Assembly (NCBI GenBank): GCA_013375475.1
Contig: JABXKD010000013.1
Coordinates: 1-58,778, forward strand
DNA from: Promethearchaeota archaeon
GTDB taxonomy: Archaea; Asgardarchaeota; Lokiarchaeia; Sigyniarchaeales; SOKP01
Direction: 5' to 3'
Length of the DNA: 58,778 nucleotides
Position numbers and translations under genes: made by a program. Below, one piece after another: positions 28,865 through 39,088 of this stretch. A model generated the notes under the pieces. It saw nothing but the letters and a program-made list of their open reading frames with translations. It ran no database searches and was not told the origin of the DNA. The stretch's first letter is position 1. Every line of letters starts with the position of its first letter.

Positions 28865-29713
28865 TTAATTCTTTATCTTATCACTTAGTTCGCTCGAAAA
28901 TCTTTGCTTAATAAATTCTTTTATTATTAAGACGCGTTTTTTGTTAATTGTAGAAACTATTAATTTTTCTTTTAACTGTTTTACTAAATCTTTTTCACTA
29001 ATTTTTTTACTATTTTCTAGAAGAGTTGCAGTAAACTCTACATCTTTTATAAATTGATTAATATATTGAGCTAAATACTTTAATTGTTCTCCTTTATCAC
29101 TCCTTCCTAACGCGTTATCTAATATTGATTTTTCAAAATCACAAGGGGTGTTCCATGGTTGCTGTATGACAGCTTTGCGGTTATTAATTAGAAACGCGTT
29201 TGTATTATTATTTTTAAATGCTGTATAGAAATAATCTTCATTTGTGAATACATTATTGTCGAATTCCGCGTCTCTTATAGCATTGTTGTTTCGATACTTA
29301 AGCGGTATTACATTATCAAACATTTCATCTAACTGTTCTATATTAATATTAAATTTTTCACTTCTTAAAACAAAAGAAGGGTAATCAAATAATTTTGCAT
29401 GAATTAAACCTGCTACACAATTAAATCCAAAAGCTTCAATTAATTGATCCAAAGTTAAATTAATTATTTCTTCTGACAAGTTTACATCTCCATTTGACGA
29501 TACAGAGGTGTCTATAACATCATATCCCACGATTTTTCCTTTCGTAGAAATAAAGACTATAAAGTTGTGATCCTTACATACTGCTCCTTGGGGTACCTTA
29601 ATCTTCACCGTACCGAATTTCTTTTGATAAAAAAGTGATTCTGGAACATTTATCTGTTTTTCTGCCCCACATTTAGGACATGCAACAATAAATCCTTTTA
29701 AAGCAACACTCAC
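28865..29713 (-). CDS. Hypothetical protein with N-terminal zinc-ribbon-like domain
   Basis: CPKC...CKDHNFIVF...GY. Confidence 0.7.
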   Translation of the reverse strand: MSVALKGFIVACPKCGAEKQINVPESLFYQKKFGTVKIKVPQGAVCKDHNFIVFISTKGKIVGYDVIDTSVSSNGDVNLSEEIINLTLDQLIEAFGFNCVAGLIHAKLFDYPSFVLRSEKFNINIEQLDEMFDNVIPLKYRNNNAIRDAEFDNNVFTNEDYFYTAFKNNNTNAFLINNRKAVIQQPWNTPCDFEKSILDNALGRSDKGEQLKYLAQYINQFIKDVEFTATLLENSKKISEKDLVKQLKEKLIVSTINKKRVLIIKEFIKQRFSSELSDKIKN

Positions 29714-29935
29714 TCAATCCTCAACCTCAATTTTTATTTTCTCATGCTTATTGAATTTATTCAAATCGAAATTTATATCCATGTGATATATTCATATTTT
29801 TCTCTACAGAAATAGTAAAAAAGTTCTCGTTAAAAAACTTAAACATTTTTATTAAATTTTTTGTGTGAAAAATAACTTGATACCTCTAAAATTATACATG
29901 AAAATACTAAAAGTATTTCTAATTAGAAAATGAAA

Positions 29936-30661
29936 TTAAATCTTCACAGAATTTAGAAGAATATCGAAGGCAGCTTTCCATTCAGAATAATCAAGTACAT
30001 AATCAAATCCACATACTTTACGAAGTATGTGTTTGTTGAGAATGTTATCCATTACATTAGCGCCTGCTATAGTTTTATCATGTGGACCATAGGGATTAAA
30101 ATGCATATTACCACCAGAAACAGATACATAATCGCAAATGAAAAATACATCTTTAAATATGTAAAATGTAAATCCGGGAGTGTGACCATTTATATGGAAT
30201 GCTTCAATTTCACAAAAATTATAATCATTCTCAAATTTCTTGTCAAAAGGATATTTTTGAGCAAGTTCTTGTTTGGAATCTTCTTCATGAATCCATAAAA
30301 ATGCAGAGTTATAACTACGATATAAATTTGAAGCTCCAAGAAAATGATGATGCGTAAGCATGATTTTATCCATCCTCTCAATATCCTTGCTAAAAGTGGA
30401 AGGACAATCAATCCAGATTATCTGTTTTTCGGTTTTAATACTATATGCTGAATGCTCTAATCCAAGTGGGGGTGAAGAATTTAACCGAATTACTTTATCA
30501 GTTACCTTAGTTTCCAATACTTCATAATTTTCGTTACAATCTTCCGCAGTAATAAAGTTTACCTTTAGCGCCCCACAGAAAGGACATGTTTCAGGATAAT
30601 ATCCAATCATATTATATCCGCATACTTTACAAACGTATTGCTCTTCTCTAAATGGTGACAT
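29936..30661 (-). CDS. Rubredoxin-like domain fused to MBL-fold protein
   Basis: YVCKVCGY...CPFCGA, then LTHHHF, WIHEED, GHTPG. Confidence 0.8.
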   Translation of the reverse strand: MSPFREEQYVCKVCGYNMIGYYPETCPFCGALKVNFITAEDCNENYEVLETKVTDKVIRLNSSPPLGLEHSAYSIKTEKQIIWIDCPSTFSKDIERMDKIMLTHHHFLGASNLYRSYNSAFLWIHEEDSKQELAQKYPFDKKFENDYNFCEIEAFHINGHTPGFTFYIFKDVFFICDYVSVSGGNMHFNPYGPHDKTIAGANVMDNILNKHILRKVCGFDYVLDYSEWKAAFDILLNSVKI

Positions 30662-30820
30662 TCATTCCACCTATGCTTAATAGAACATTTTGACTTTGAT
30701 GTAGTTGAAATTATAAAATCATTTTTAACTCATCAAATCAATAAAACAATTAGAAATAAATATATATAACTTATAAAGTAAAACTCAATTTAACTTTCAT
30801 TTCGAGAAGAAAGTAAAAAG

Positions 30821-32110
30821 GTGAATTCATTGAAACCTAGTATTGATGAGAAAGATTCAAATTACATGTATGAAATAATTCAATCTATTATTGATGAATG
30901 TGGCCCAAGAATGCCATGTAGTCCACAAGAGGCTCAAGCTGCCGAAATAATCAAGAAAGAATTGGAGGTAGTATGTGATGAGGTCACTTTAGAACCTTTT
31001 TCCTGCAACCCCCGTGCCTTCTTAGGTTGGATTAAAGTTGATATTATTTTAGTTTTATTATCGTTTATATCGTTTTTTCTAATTCCAATAAATATTTTCA
31101 ATTATTGGGGATATTTAATGTCATTTTTATCCTTTGGCCTTAATTTAGTTGCCTTCTTGATTCTATGGAACGAATTTTTCAACTACAGGGAATTTATCGA
31201 TCCCCTATTTAAATCAAAAAATTCCCAAAATGTTATTGGGAAAATTTACCCTAAAGAAGATGCCAAAAAAATCCTAATTTTTTCCGGACATCACGATAGC
31301 GCACTAGAATTTAATTTATTAACGCATTTAAAAATAGGTTATCCAATAGTGATTTTGTTAGGTTTAGCGGTTATAATTTTATGGTTGTTGACATCAATAG
31401 TAGTTATTCTATTAGTTCTAACTAACTTGTTTTTCTTTGAATCATTTTCCATACTTGCTCTAGTTTTATTTTTAATAAGTATCCCCGCGTTTATAGGGTT
31501 ATTTTTCTTCGTTTCTTTTGGAAAGAAGGCAAACAAAGTGCCTGGAGCTGTTGACAATTTAAGTGCAGTAGCAGTTGTATTAGCTATTGGTAAGATTCTC
31601 AAAAAAAATAAAGAAATCGTGCCTAGCGATACAGAAATTAGGTTGATTTCTTTTGGATGCGAAGAAGCAGGTTTAAGAGGTGCATTTAGATACGTACATA
31701 AACATCTTGACGAATTGAAAAGATTGGACGCAGAATGTATCAACATGGATGCTATCCAGAGTAAGAAAAATATATCAATTATTGATTTCGAACCTTCCAC
31801 GAGAACAAAACATTCTGAGGTTGTTGTTAAAAAAATTATGAACGCGGCAAAATCTTCCCAGATCGAAGTAAAATCTTCCGCTTTAGGCGGTTCTGGTACC
31901 TTTGAGAAAATTTTCGGGCAAATCACCGGAGGTACTGATGCTACCGCCTTTTCAAAGGCAGGAATTAAAGCAGCAAATATATCTGCCATGGATCTTAATA
32001 AAATGCTTAAATTTTATCACCAACCCACAGATACTTTGGATAAAATTGAAAAAGGCTCCCTTGAGCGCGTTTTACGGATTTGTATTGATTACATTATTAA
32101 CGAGTCTTAG
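30821..32110 (+). CDS. Membrane-embedded M28 family Zn peptidase
   Basis: GHHDS, GAVDNLSAV, GCEEAGLRG, NMD, GTDA, YHQPTD; four TM segments inserted. Confidence 0.88.
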   Translation: MNSLKPSIDEKDSNYMYEIIQSIIDECGPRMPCSPQEAQAAEIIKKELEVVCDEVTLEPFSCNPRAFLGWIKVDIILVLLSFISFFLIPINIFNYWGYLMSFLSFGLNLVAFLILWNEFFNYREFIDPLFKSKNSQNVIGKIYPKEDAKKILIFSGHHDSALEFNLLTHLKIGYPIVILLGLAVIILWLLTSIVVILLVLTNLFFFESFSILALVLFLISIPAFIGLFFFVSFGKKANKVPGAVDNLSAVAVVLAIGKILKKNKEIVPSDTEIRLISFGCEEAGLRGAFRYVHKHLDELKRLDAECINMDAIQSKKNISIIDFEPSTRTKHSEVVVKKIMNAAKSSQIEVKSSALGGSGTFEKIFGQITGGTDATAFSKAGIKAANISAMDLNKMLKFYHQPTDTLDKIEKGSLERVLRICIDYIINES

Positions 32111-32147
32111 AGAAGATAGGTATGGGTTAATGGTGAATTTGTCCCAC

Positions 32148-34784
32148 TTACGATCCTCTTGGTTCCTTTTTAACAACAATTTTGACTAATAGCATCCCTA
32201 AAACAGAAGGGATTATTCCGACTCCTACAATCGCGAATAAGACTAGCTTAACAGTACCTTCGAAAGTATTATCAAATACCACATATGTAAACAATTGCCC
32301 TAAACTATTTATCAGATAATGTAAGATAATTGAGGGTATTAAACTCTTAGTTTTAATGAAAAGATAACCGAAGAGAAAGCCCATTAGGGACGCATAAATG
32401 ACTTGTACCCCAGTTAAAACCAAATTACTTCCCGATAAGAGATTGAATAAATGGAAAAAACCAAATAATAGAGCTACGACAACCAATACCGTCCTTTGAG
32501 AATATTTCCTTAAATTTAAAGTAGAAATTACCCCTCTAAAAGAAACTTCCTCCCAGATTCCTGGAATTAACATCAAGATAAAAAGAAACCATCCAAAGAT
32601 TGAAATACTAGTTCCAGGATTGCCAAAAATCACATCCAAATCGAAAATATAATTACCAAAGATATTTCCAGTGATATAGGTACTAACGAAATATATTATT
32701 GAGCAACTAACTCCAAGAAAAATGTTGCGTCCTATTTTTCTATCAGGCTTTAATCCGATAGTTTTTATGTATTCTTTTAGTGTTTCTTTTCCGTTTGGAA
32801 GACCTAAGGATCGGGGAACTAACAATAACCAGAGTAGTGCCATTACACCAAAAGTTACGAAGAAATCTATAAAAAGCAATGTAATAAAAGTAATATCTGC
32901 TGATAAAAAGATGAGAGGAAAAATGATAAGGCCTTCTATTAATCCAGGTAAAATTAAAAATCCGGCGTATAAAACTAATAAATTTACAGTTCCAAATAAG
33001 GGGTGTTTCCTGTAGATTTCTCTAATACTTATAGTTTTTTTCTTTCCCAGTACTTTTGGAAACATACTATTGAAAGAAAGTAATAATACACCTAAGGAGA
33101 GGATCCCTCCCAGAAAATACGCTATAAACATAGCAACTGGACCTATAGATGCAAACAAGATCACACCCATGAGGAAGAAAGCGAAGAAAATCAAATGTTC
33201 AGCTATTATCATGATGGTCCATTTTGTTATCTTTTTCTCGATGTTAAATTCTTCTACGACAAATTTATATTTCATCCTTCCAAAAAACCGTATCTTCATT
33301 TGGAACATCGATATTAGTAGCGTTAATATAACGGGATAGAAGGAAATAAAAGACAGCAGATAACTTATAAAATCTGGATTTCCAGTAAAAAACATAAGAG
33401 GTAAGAAAAATGATATTGTTTGGATTGAACCTAATAATAATAATTTCGCTTTTGCTTGGTCCCGAGTACGGATTGGTAAGGATGAGAGAGTTGACGCTCC
33501 CGTATCCTCCATGTTTAAGAAGCCTGAAGTAAGCATCATCGAGATCATCGGTTGGTACATAGTTATAATCAACCACATAAAGACATAATCGTCTATGAAC
33601 GATTCTCCAAGACCAATTGGAGTGATTAGAAGAGGTGATATAACCATTAAGGGTAGAATAATAGGTGTAATTATAAACATAAATGCTTGTATATCTCTTG
33701 TAGCAGTAGATAAATCTTTTCGAATATAGGCCTTTATTGGTGTCCTTAGCTCAATAGTAACTTCAATTGGTTTTTCTGGAGTTTTCTTTGAAGATTTTGC
33801 CTGTTCTATTTCAATAGAGGCTGAGGAAGTAACCGTTCGCATAGCCTTTAGAGCTTTTTTGTAAGTGGATAATGTTAACAACACAAAAAGAACCATACCT
33901 ATAATAACAGGTAGCCATAATGAGAAAGAAAAACTTGTTGGTTCTATAGCCATTGTTATTAGGTAACCAGAAGCAAAGGGGAAAGGTATCAAGCATAGTA
34001 TGATATTAACAAAATTAGGAATTTCTGAGGAATATAATGAGACAAAAAAGTCTCCCGCAGAAGTAAGTATCCACTGAACAAAAAATGAGGCAGAAAATAT
34101 GACTATTATATAGCTCAACATAGTGAATAATCGAATTAGAGTTGCTTTTTTAGAAGCTGCCTCACTTACTTTTAAAACGCGGCTAATTCTTCCTGCAACT
34201 AAAACAAGGACACTAAAAGAGAACATAACATTAATTATTGAAATTAACGCAGCAACCAAAGCTAAAAATATATTTTGAGACATTATAAACATTGTAACAG
34301 GAAAAGCAAGTATCATGACAATAATGCCTATATCCATGTTGTGAAAAACTGTCATAAAACCTAATTTCCTTAACTTATCCTTAGGAATAGGTAAAGTTTC
34401 GTACCATCTAAAAGCATCTCCTGACATCATGGCACTAATAGCAAACATTCCGAGCATCGTAAGATATATCATTTGCATAATAAAATTTGCTCCGAAGAGA
34501 ATACTTCCCGGAATTAAGACCGATTCTGGAGGTACTATTGGGATACTAAAAGAATAGACAACTTGAGAATAAGCACTTACAGGTAAAAAACCTACAAAAA
34601 AAAGCATTGCAGCAAAAATGATTTTCGTCGCAATCGCTTGCTGTTTTATAGAAGCCTTATTTTTTTTATACTTTTCAAGTAACTTTGCTTGGTTTGCGCC
34701 AGAAGAAAGAACCTGTGCTTCCATAACAATTTCGAGATTCGTATATTTCGCCAGCTTGTAAAGTCCTAATTCCTTTTTAGCCAT
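32148..34784 (-). CDS. ABC exporter permease fused to CPBP intramembrane protease (copy B)
   Basis: Two ABC-2-like halves (YETLPI; IRKDLSTATRD...LSSLPIR...AK); C-terminal WEEVSFRG, FGFFH, HYLIN. Confidence 0.8.
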   Translation of the reverse strand: MAKKELGLYKLAKYTNLEIVMEAQVLSSGANQAKLLEKYKKNKASIKQQAIATKIIFAAMLFFVGFLPVSAYSQVVYSFSIPIVPPESVLIPGSILFGANFIMQMIYLTMLGMFAISAMMSGDAFRWYETLPIPKDKLRKLGFMTVFHNMDIGIIVMILAFPVTMFIMSQNIFLALVAALISIINVMFSFSVLVLVAGRISRVLKVSEAASKKATLIRLFTMLSYIIVIFSASFFVQWILTSAGDFFVSLYSSEIPNFVNIILCLIPFPFASGYLITMAIEPTSFSFSLWLPVIIGMVLFVLLTLSTYKKALKAMRTVTSSASIEIEQAKSSKKTPEKPIEVTIELRTPIKAYIRKDLSTATRDIQAFMFIITPIILPLMVISPLLITPIGLGESFIDDYVFMWLIITMYQPMISMMLTSGFLNMEDTGASTLSSLPIRTRDQAKAKLLLLGSIQTISFFLPLMFFTGNPDFISYLLSFISFYPVILTLLISMFQMKIRFFGRMKYKFVVEEFNIEKKITKWTIMIIAEHLIFFAFFLMGVILFASIGPVAMFIAYFLGGILSLGVLLLSFNSMFPKVLGKKKTISIREIYRKHPLFGTVNLLVLYAGFLILPGLIEGLIIFPLIFLSADITFITLLFIDFFVTFGVMALLWLLLVPRSLGLPNGKETLKEYIKTIGLKPDRKIGRNIFLGVSCSIIYFVSTYITGNIFGNYIFDLDVIFGNPGTSISIFGWFLFILMLIPGIWEEVSFRGVISTLNLRKYSQRTVLVVVALLFGFFHLFNLLSGSNLVLTGVQVIYASLMGFLFGYLFIKTKSLIPSIILHYLINSLGQLFTYVVFDNTFEGTVKLVLFAIVGVGIIPSVLGMLLVKIVVKKEPRGS

Positions 34785-34797
34785 AATTAAAGTATCC

Positions 34798-35592
34798 TTA
34801 GTTTCTCTCGTTAAAAGATTTTCTCAGCTTCGCTACTATTTCATTCACGCTTACATCTTGTTCAGTTAATCGTAGGAACACATCTTCCAGATTTGCTCCT
34901 AATCTATCTGCTTGCTGACGAAGTTCTTCCATGGTTCCAATTCCAACTAATTTACCCCTATTCATAATCGCTATACGGTCACATAAGTCTTCCGCTATTT
35001 CCATGATATGGGTTGAAAATAATACAGAACCACCATTTTCGACATGGATATCTAAAATCTCTTTAACCACTTTCACAGACTTTGCGTCGAGACCAGCTAA
35101 AGGCTCGTCCATAATAAGTAAATCAGGATCATGAAGGATTGCGGAAATTATTTGAATTTTTTGTTTATTTCCATGGGATAAGGTTGCTACTAATTGTTCG
35201 TAATATTCTAGAGCACCTAAACTCTCCAAGTATTCTTGTGCTCGTTTTGAGGTTTCATCTCCATCTAAGCTACGAATAGACGCTATAAAATTAAACAAAT
35301 CTTTGGGTGTAAGTGATTTAAAGATCAACGGCTCCTCCGAAACGTAACCTACACGACTTTTAATTTGAACTTCTTCTGTTTCGGGATTTAAACCCATTAT
35401 TTTAATATCCCCTTGATTCGGTTCTAGCAAACCTAGTAACAGCTTAATAGTAGTAGTTTTACCAGCTCCGTTAGGACCTAATAAACCAAAAACTTCCCCC
35501 TTTTTAACTTCGAAGGAAATTCCGTTTACCGCTTTAACATCCCCAAAAAATTTCATTAATTCACTAACAGATATCATAACACTATCATTCAT
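34798..35592 (-). CDS. ABC transporter ATP-binding protein (copy B)
   Basis: GPNGAGKTT, LSHGNKQK, LIMDEP, STH. Confidence 0.93.
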   Translation of the reverse strand: MNDSVMISVSELMKFFGDVKAVNGISFEVKKGEVFGLLGPNGAGKTTTIKLLLGLLEPNQGDIKIMGLNPETEEVQIKSRVGYVSEEPLIFKSLTPKDLFNFIASIRSLDGDETSKRAQEYLESLGALEYYEQLVATLSHGNKQKIQIISAILHDPDLLIMDEPLAGLDAKSVKVVKEILDIHVENGGSVLFSTHIMEIAEDLCDRIAIMNRGKLVGIGTMEELRQQADRLGANLEDVFLRLTEQDVSVNEIVAKLRKSFNERN

Positions 35593-35625
35593 TCTACATC
35601 ATCATATTAAAGTTTTTTAAAATTT

Positions 35626-38280
35626 TTATCGTTTATTAATTATAATATCTTTACTTTCATACTTCCAAAAAACTAATTTAGTTAAGCCAATACTCAAAAT
35701 TGAAGGAATAACGCCTAAAAACACTATTAAAAATACTCCAACGAGAATTATGTTTTCGAAGTATACATTTATAAAAGCAAGTCCTACTGTATCAATTAAA
35801 TAATGATAAATAATACTAGGTAGCAAGCTTTTTGATTTTATATACATATATCCCATTGAAAAACCAATTAGAATGGTATATATGACCTGAAGCGCCGTTA
35901 GGTAATGAGGTCCACCTGACAATAGAACCCCAATAATGTTAAATGCATGTGCCAATCCAAAAACTACACCGCTTATTAAAATCGCTATTACATTTTTATA
36001 TTTTCTTGAAAGAAGGGGTATAACTACTCCCCGAAATGCAACCTCTTCCCATAATCCCGGTCTGATCATAAAAATCCAAATAAACCATCCCATACTAGCA
36101 ACCCCTCCATAAATAGGATTTGGATTCCTAAACAAGAAATCGGGAGGAAGATATGTTCCTCCTAAAATGGTAGCGCCAATATACAAAGTACAACAAAGAA
36201 TAGCAGTAGAGCCGAATCCAACAATTAAGTTTCGTATTAGAGGTTTTGCTCTGGTTAAACCGATAGATTTTGTGTAGTTTGAAAAAGTTTTATCTTTTAC
36301 TGGTAACCTCATCCCTATAGGAATTACTAAGAATAACAAAAGCACTAAAAATCCTTCATAATAAAGGAATTCGAAAATTAAAATACCTATATAATCTAAT
36401 TCCAAAATGAGAGGAAGAAAAATAATCTCGATAAAAGTTGCAATCCATGGAAATAGATTGAATAAGAGTAGTATCACTATAGCCCCTAAAATAGGTTTAC
36501 TTCGTAGTAATCCCCTTGTTTCAAATCGCGGCAATTTATCCGCTTTAGGAAACATAACCGAAAAAATGTAAAGAACAACGGTCAGTCCAATTAATCCTAA
36601 GATAAACATTATGATTGCAGTGGGTATTATTCCTAATGTAACGAAAAACGTAATTCCAAGGATAAAAATGAAAATACAAACACAAATGTCAACCCCAACT
36701 ATAGAAATCCATTTCAATACTTTATATCTTGGGTTAATATCTTCAAGGACGTACTTATATTTCATTCTGCCAAATAGTCTTACATTCATTTCAAAAACAA
36801 ATAAAAGAAGTGTCCACGAAATAGGTAGCGTGCTTAAGATTAAGATCAAAACATATACCGATTGAGTTAGTATTGTTAGAACTATAGCTATTAAACTTAA
36901 TGAGATCCCTTGAATTAATACCATTATGATTAATTTTCCTTTAGCTTGATCCCGCGGCACAAGAGGTAACGAAGCTAGTGTTGATGAGCCTGATTCTTCG
37001 ATTCTTAACATTCCTGCTACAAGCAGAGGAGGTATAAATTGACTGGCGAATAGTATAACTGTCCATAATATAAAGATGCTAACCATGGAACTTATTTCTT
37101 GAATAAATACTTCCTGCATAGCTAAAATCATAATAATAGGGTAAACGAGAGGCATGAGAATAAAAATCAACGATTGATAATCACGAGTTGAGGAGATTAA
37201 GTCTTTATGCATATATGATTCGACGGGAGAAGTAGTTTTAATTTCAATTACAACAGGTTCCAAAGTTTGCTTAGATTTTCTTTTTGATTCCTTTTTAGCT
37301 TTAGACGAGTCAATTTCAAAAGTAGCTACGCTCGACAAAGAACGAATGGCAATTTTATAAGTGAGAAATGTAATTCCTGCTAAGATTACCATTCCAGCTA
37401 TACTTGACCCCAATAACTCTAATGGAACTGGACCACTCACTATGGTCAAACTTATAAAATATCCCGGAGCAAAAGGTAATGGAATAAAACTAAGCATGAT
37501 ATTTAAGAAACTCGAGGGTGGATTTGTTTCAAACTCCAAAGCAAGATCTCCTATGGCTCTAAATCCCGATTGGAGTACAAAACTTGAACCAAATGCTATA
37601 AGGAAAAAACCTACTAGTGAAACTATTCTCAAGATATTAGCTTTTCCTGAACTTTTATTTGTTTCTGAAAAAACTCGGCTGAATCTTTCTCCAGCTATAA
37701 TCAAAAGGCTTACTGCAAAGACAGTTATTAGAAAGGAGGATATAAGACTTGCCAAAAATGTAAGAATATTCTGAGTTATGATCAATAATATAATCGGAAA
37801 CGAGAATGTCATTACTATTATTGGAATACTTAGATTACGAAACAAGGTCGCAAATCCCAATTTCTTTAATTCTTTTCGCGTTACTGGTAATGTTTGTAAC
37901 CATCTGAAAGAAGTGCCGGACATCAGACTACTTGTTGTAAATAATCCAAACATAAATATATAAAAAATAGATACAAGTTGATTAATCCAGAGAAAAAAGC
38001 TATAAAGGTAAATTTCTCCCTCAAACGGGTAAGATGCAGAAATTTCATCTGTTATTGTGAAATATAGAAGGATTGACATAAGTGGCATTAGCATCATCAC
38101 TAAACTGGAAATAATCTTTAACGATTTTGCTTGGTTCTTTATATATTTACTGTTTTTCTCGAATTTTTCAAGCAATTTAGCTTGATGTGCTCCAACTGAA
38201 GCAAATTGAGAATCCATTATCATCTCAAAATTCGTGTATTTAGAAAGTGAAAATGCGCTTAACTCTTTTTTTTCTCTCAA
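35626..38280 (-). CDS. ABC exporter permease fused to CPBP intramembrane protease (copy A)
   Basis: LQTLPV; MHKDLISSTRD...LASLPL...AK; C-terminal WEEVAFRG, FGLAH, HYLID. Confidence 0.8.
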   Translation of the reverse strand: MREKKELSAFSLSKYTNFEMIMDSQFASVGAHQAKLLEKFEKNSKYIKNQAKSLKIISSLVMMLMPLMSILLYFTITDEISASYPFEGEIYLYSFFLWINQLVSIFYIFMFGLFTTSSLMSGTSFRWLQTLPVTRKELKKLGFATLFRNLSIPIIVMTFSFPIILLIITQNILTFLASLISSFLITVFAVSLLIIAGERFSRVFSETNKSSGKANILRIVSLVGFFLIAFGSSFVLQSGFRAIGDLALEFETNPPSSFLNIMLSFIPLPFAPGYFISLTIVSGPVPLELLGSSIAGMVILAGITFLTYKIAIRSLSSVATFEIDSSKAKKESKRKSKQTLEPVVIEIKTTSPVESYMHKDLISSTRDYQSLIFILMPLVYPIIMILAMQEVFIQEISSMVSIFILWTVILFASQFIPPLLVAGMLRIEESGSSTLASLPLVPRDQAKGKLIIMVLIQGISLSLIAIVLTILTQSVYVLILILSTLPISWTLLLFVFEMNVRLFGRMKYKYVLEDINPRYKVLKWISIVGVDICVCIFIFILGITFFVTLGIIPTAIIMFILGLIGLTVVLYIFSVMFPKADKLPRFETRGLLRSKPILGAIVILLLFNLFPWIATFIEIIFLPLILELDYIGILIFEFLYYEGFLVLLLFLVIPIGMRLPVKDKTFSNYTKSIGLTRAKPLIRNLIVGFGSTAILCCTLYIGATILGGTYLPPDFLFRNPNPIYGGVASMGWFIWIFMIRPGLWEEVAFRGVVIPLLSRKYKNVIAILISGVVFGLAHAFNIIGVLLSGGPHYLTALQVIYTILIGFSMGYMYIKSKSLLPSIIYHYLIDTVGLAFINVYFENIILVGVFLIVFLGVIPSILSIGLTKLVFWKYESKDIIINKR

Positions 38281-38281
38281 C

Positions 38282-39088
38282 TTAAGTCATCTCCTCGATT
38301 TTCTTTTTATACGAATTTCTTAACTTCTTCACTATATCTTCTACCGTAGAATCTTGTTCAGTTAATCGTAGGAACACATCTTCAAGGCTCGCACCTAGCT
38401 TATCCGCTTGTAGCCTGAGTTCATCTATAGTTCCAATTCCTACTAATTTACCCCTGTTTATTATTGCGATACGATCGCATAAATCCTCTGCAACTTCCAT
38501 GATGTGAGTTGAAAAAAGGACGGCTCCTCCCTTTTCAATATGCATATCTAAGATCTCTTTTACAACTCTTACTGATTTAGCGTCAAGCCCCGTTATCGGT
38601 TCGTCTAATATCAAAAGATCAGGTTCATGAAGAATTGATGCAACAATTTGTAGTTTTTGTTTGTTACCATGAGAAAGTGAAGCAATCATTTGACCGTAGT
38701 ACTCCGCTGCACCTAAACTTTCTAAATACTCTTTTACTCGCTCTGTAGCTTCCTTTGGATCTAATTGTCGAATAGAAGCTATAAAATTAAATAAATCCTT
38801 TGGAGTTAAAGATTTAAATATAAGCGGTTCCTCTGAAACGTACCCTACATTCTTTTTCATTTGAACTTCTTCACGCTCTGGATTTAACCCCAAAATACTG
38901 ATCTCACCTTCTAAAGGTTCAAGCAATCCCAATAAAAGTTTTATCGTGGTTGTTTTCCCCGCTCCGTTTGGACCCAAAAGGCCAAAAACCTCACCATTAT
39001 GAACATCAAACGAGATGCCATTGACGGCTTTAACTTCCCCAAAAAATTTTTTCAGATTTCTAACAGAAATTATTTTATTATCTATCAA
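38282..39088 (-). CDS. ABC transporter ATP-binding protein (copy A)
   Basis: GPNGAGKTT, LSHGNKQK, LILDEP, STH; paralog of 34798..35592. Confidence 0.93.
   Translation of the reverse strand: MIDNKIISVRNLKKFFGEVKAVNGISFDVHNGEVFGLLGPNGAGKTTTIKLLLGLLEPLEGEISILGLNPEREEVQMKKNVGYVSEEPLIFKSLTPKDLFNFIASIRQLDPKEATERVKEYLESLGAAEYYGQMIASLSHGNKQKLQIVASILHEPDLLILDEPITGLDAKSVRVVKEILDMHIEKGGAVLFSTHIMEVAEDLCDRIAIINRGKLVGIGTIDELRLQADKLGASLEDVFLRLTEQDSTVEDIVKKLRNSYKKKIEEMT

Noticed and set aside
29751-29764. Short palindrome TTGAAT-TT-ATTCAA
   Set aside because: 6-bp AT-rich arms are expected by chance.
31339-31989. 216-aa antisense ORF
   Set aside because: Lies wholly opposite the motif-complete M28 peptidase; a shadow ORF.
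37361-37774. 137-aa antisense ORF, plus the many other 60-115 aa nested ORFs in the track
   Set aside because: They overlap well-supported genes and have antisense-like composition.
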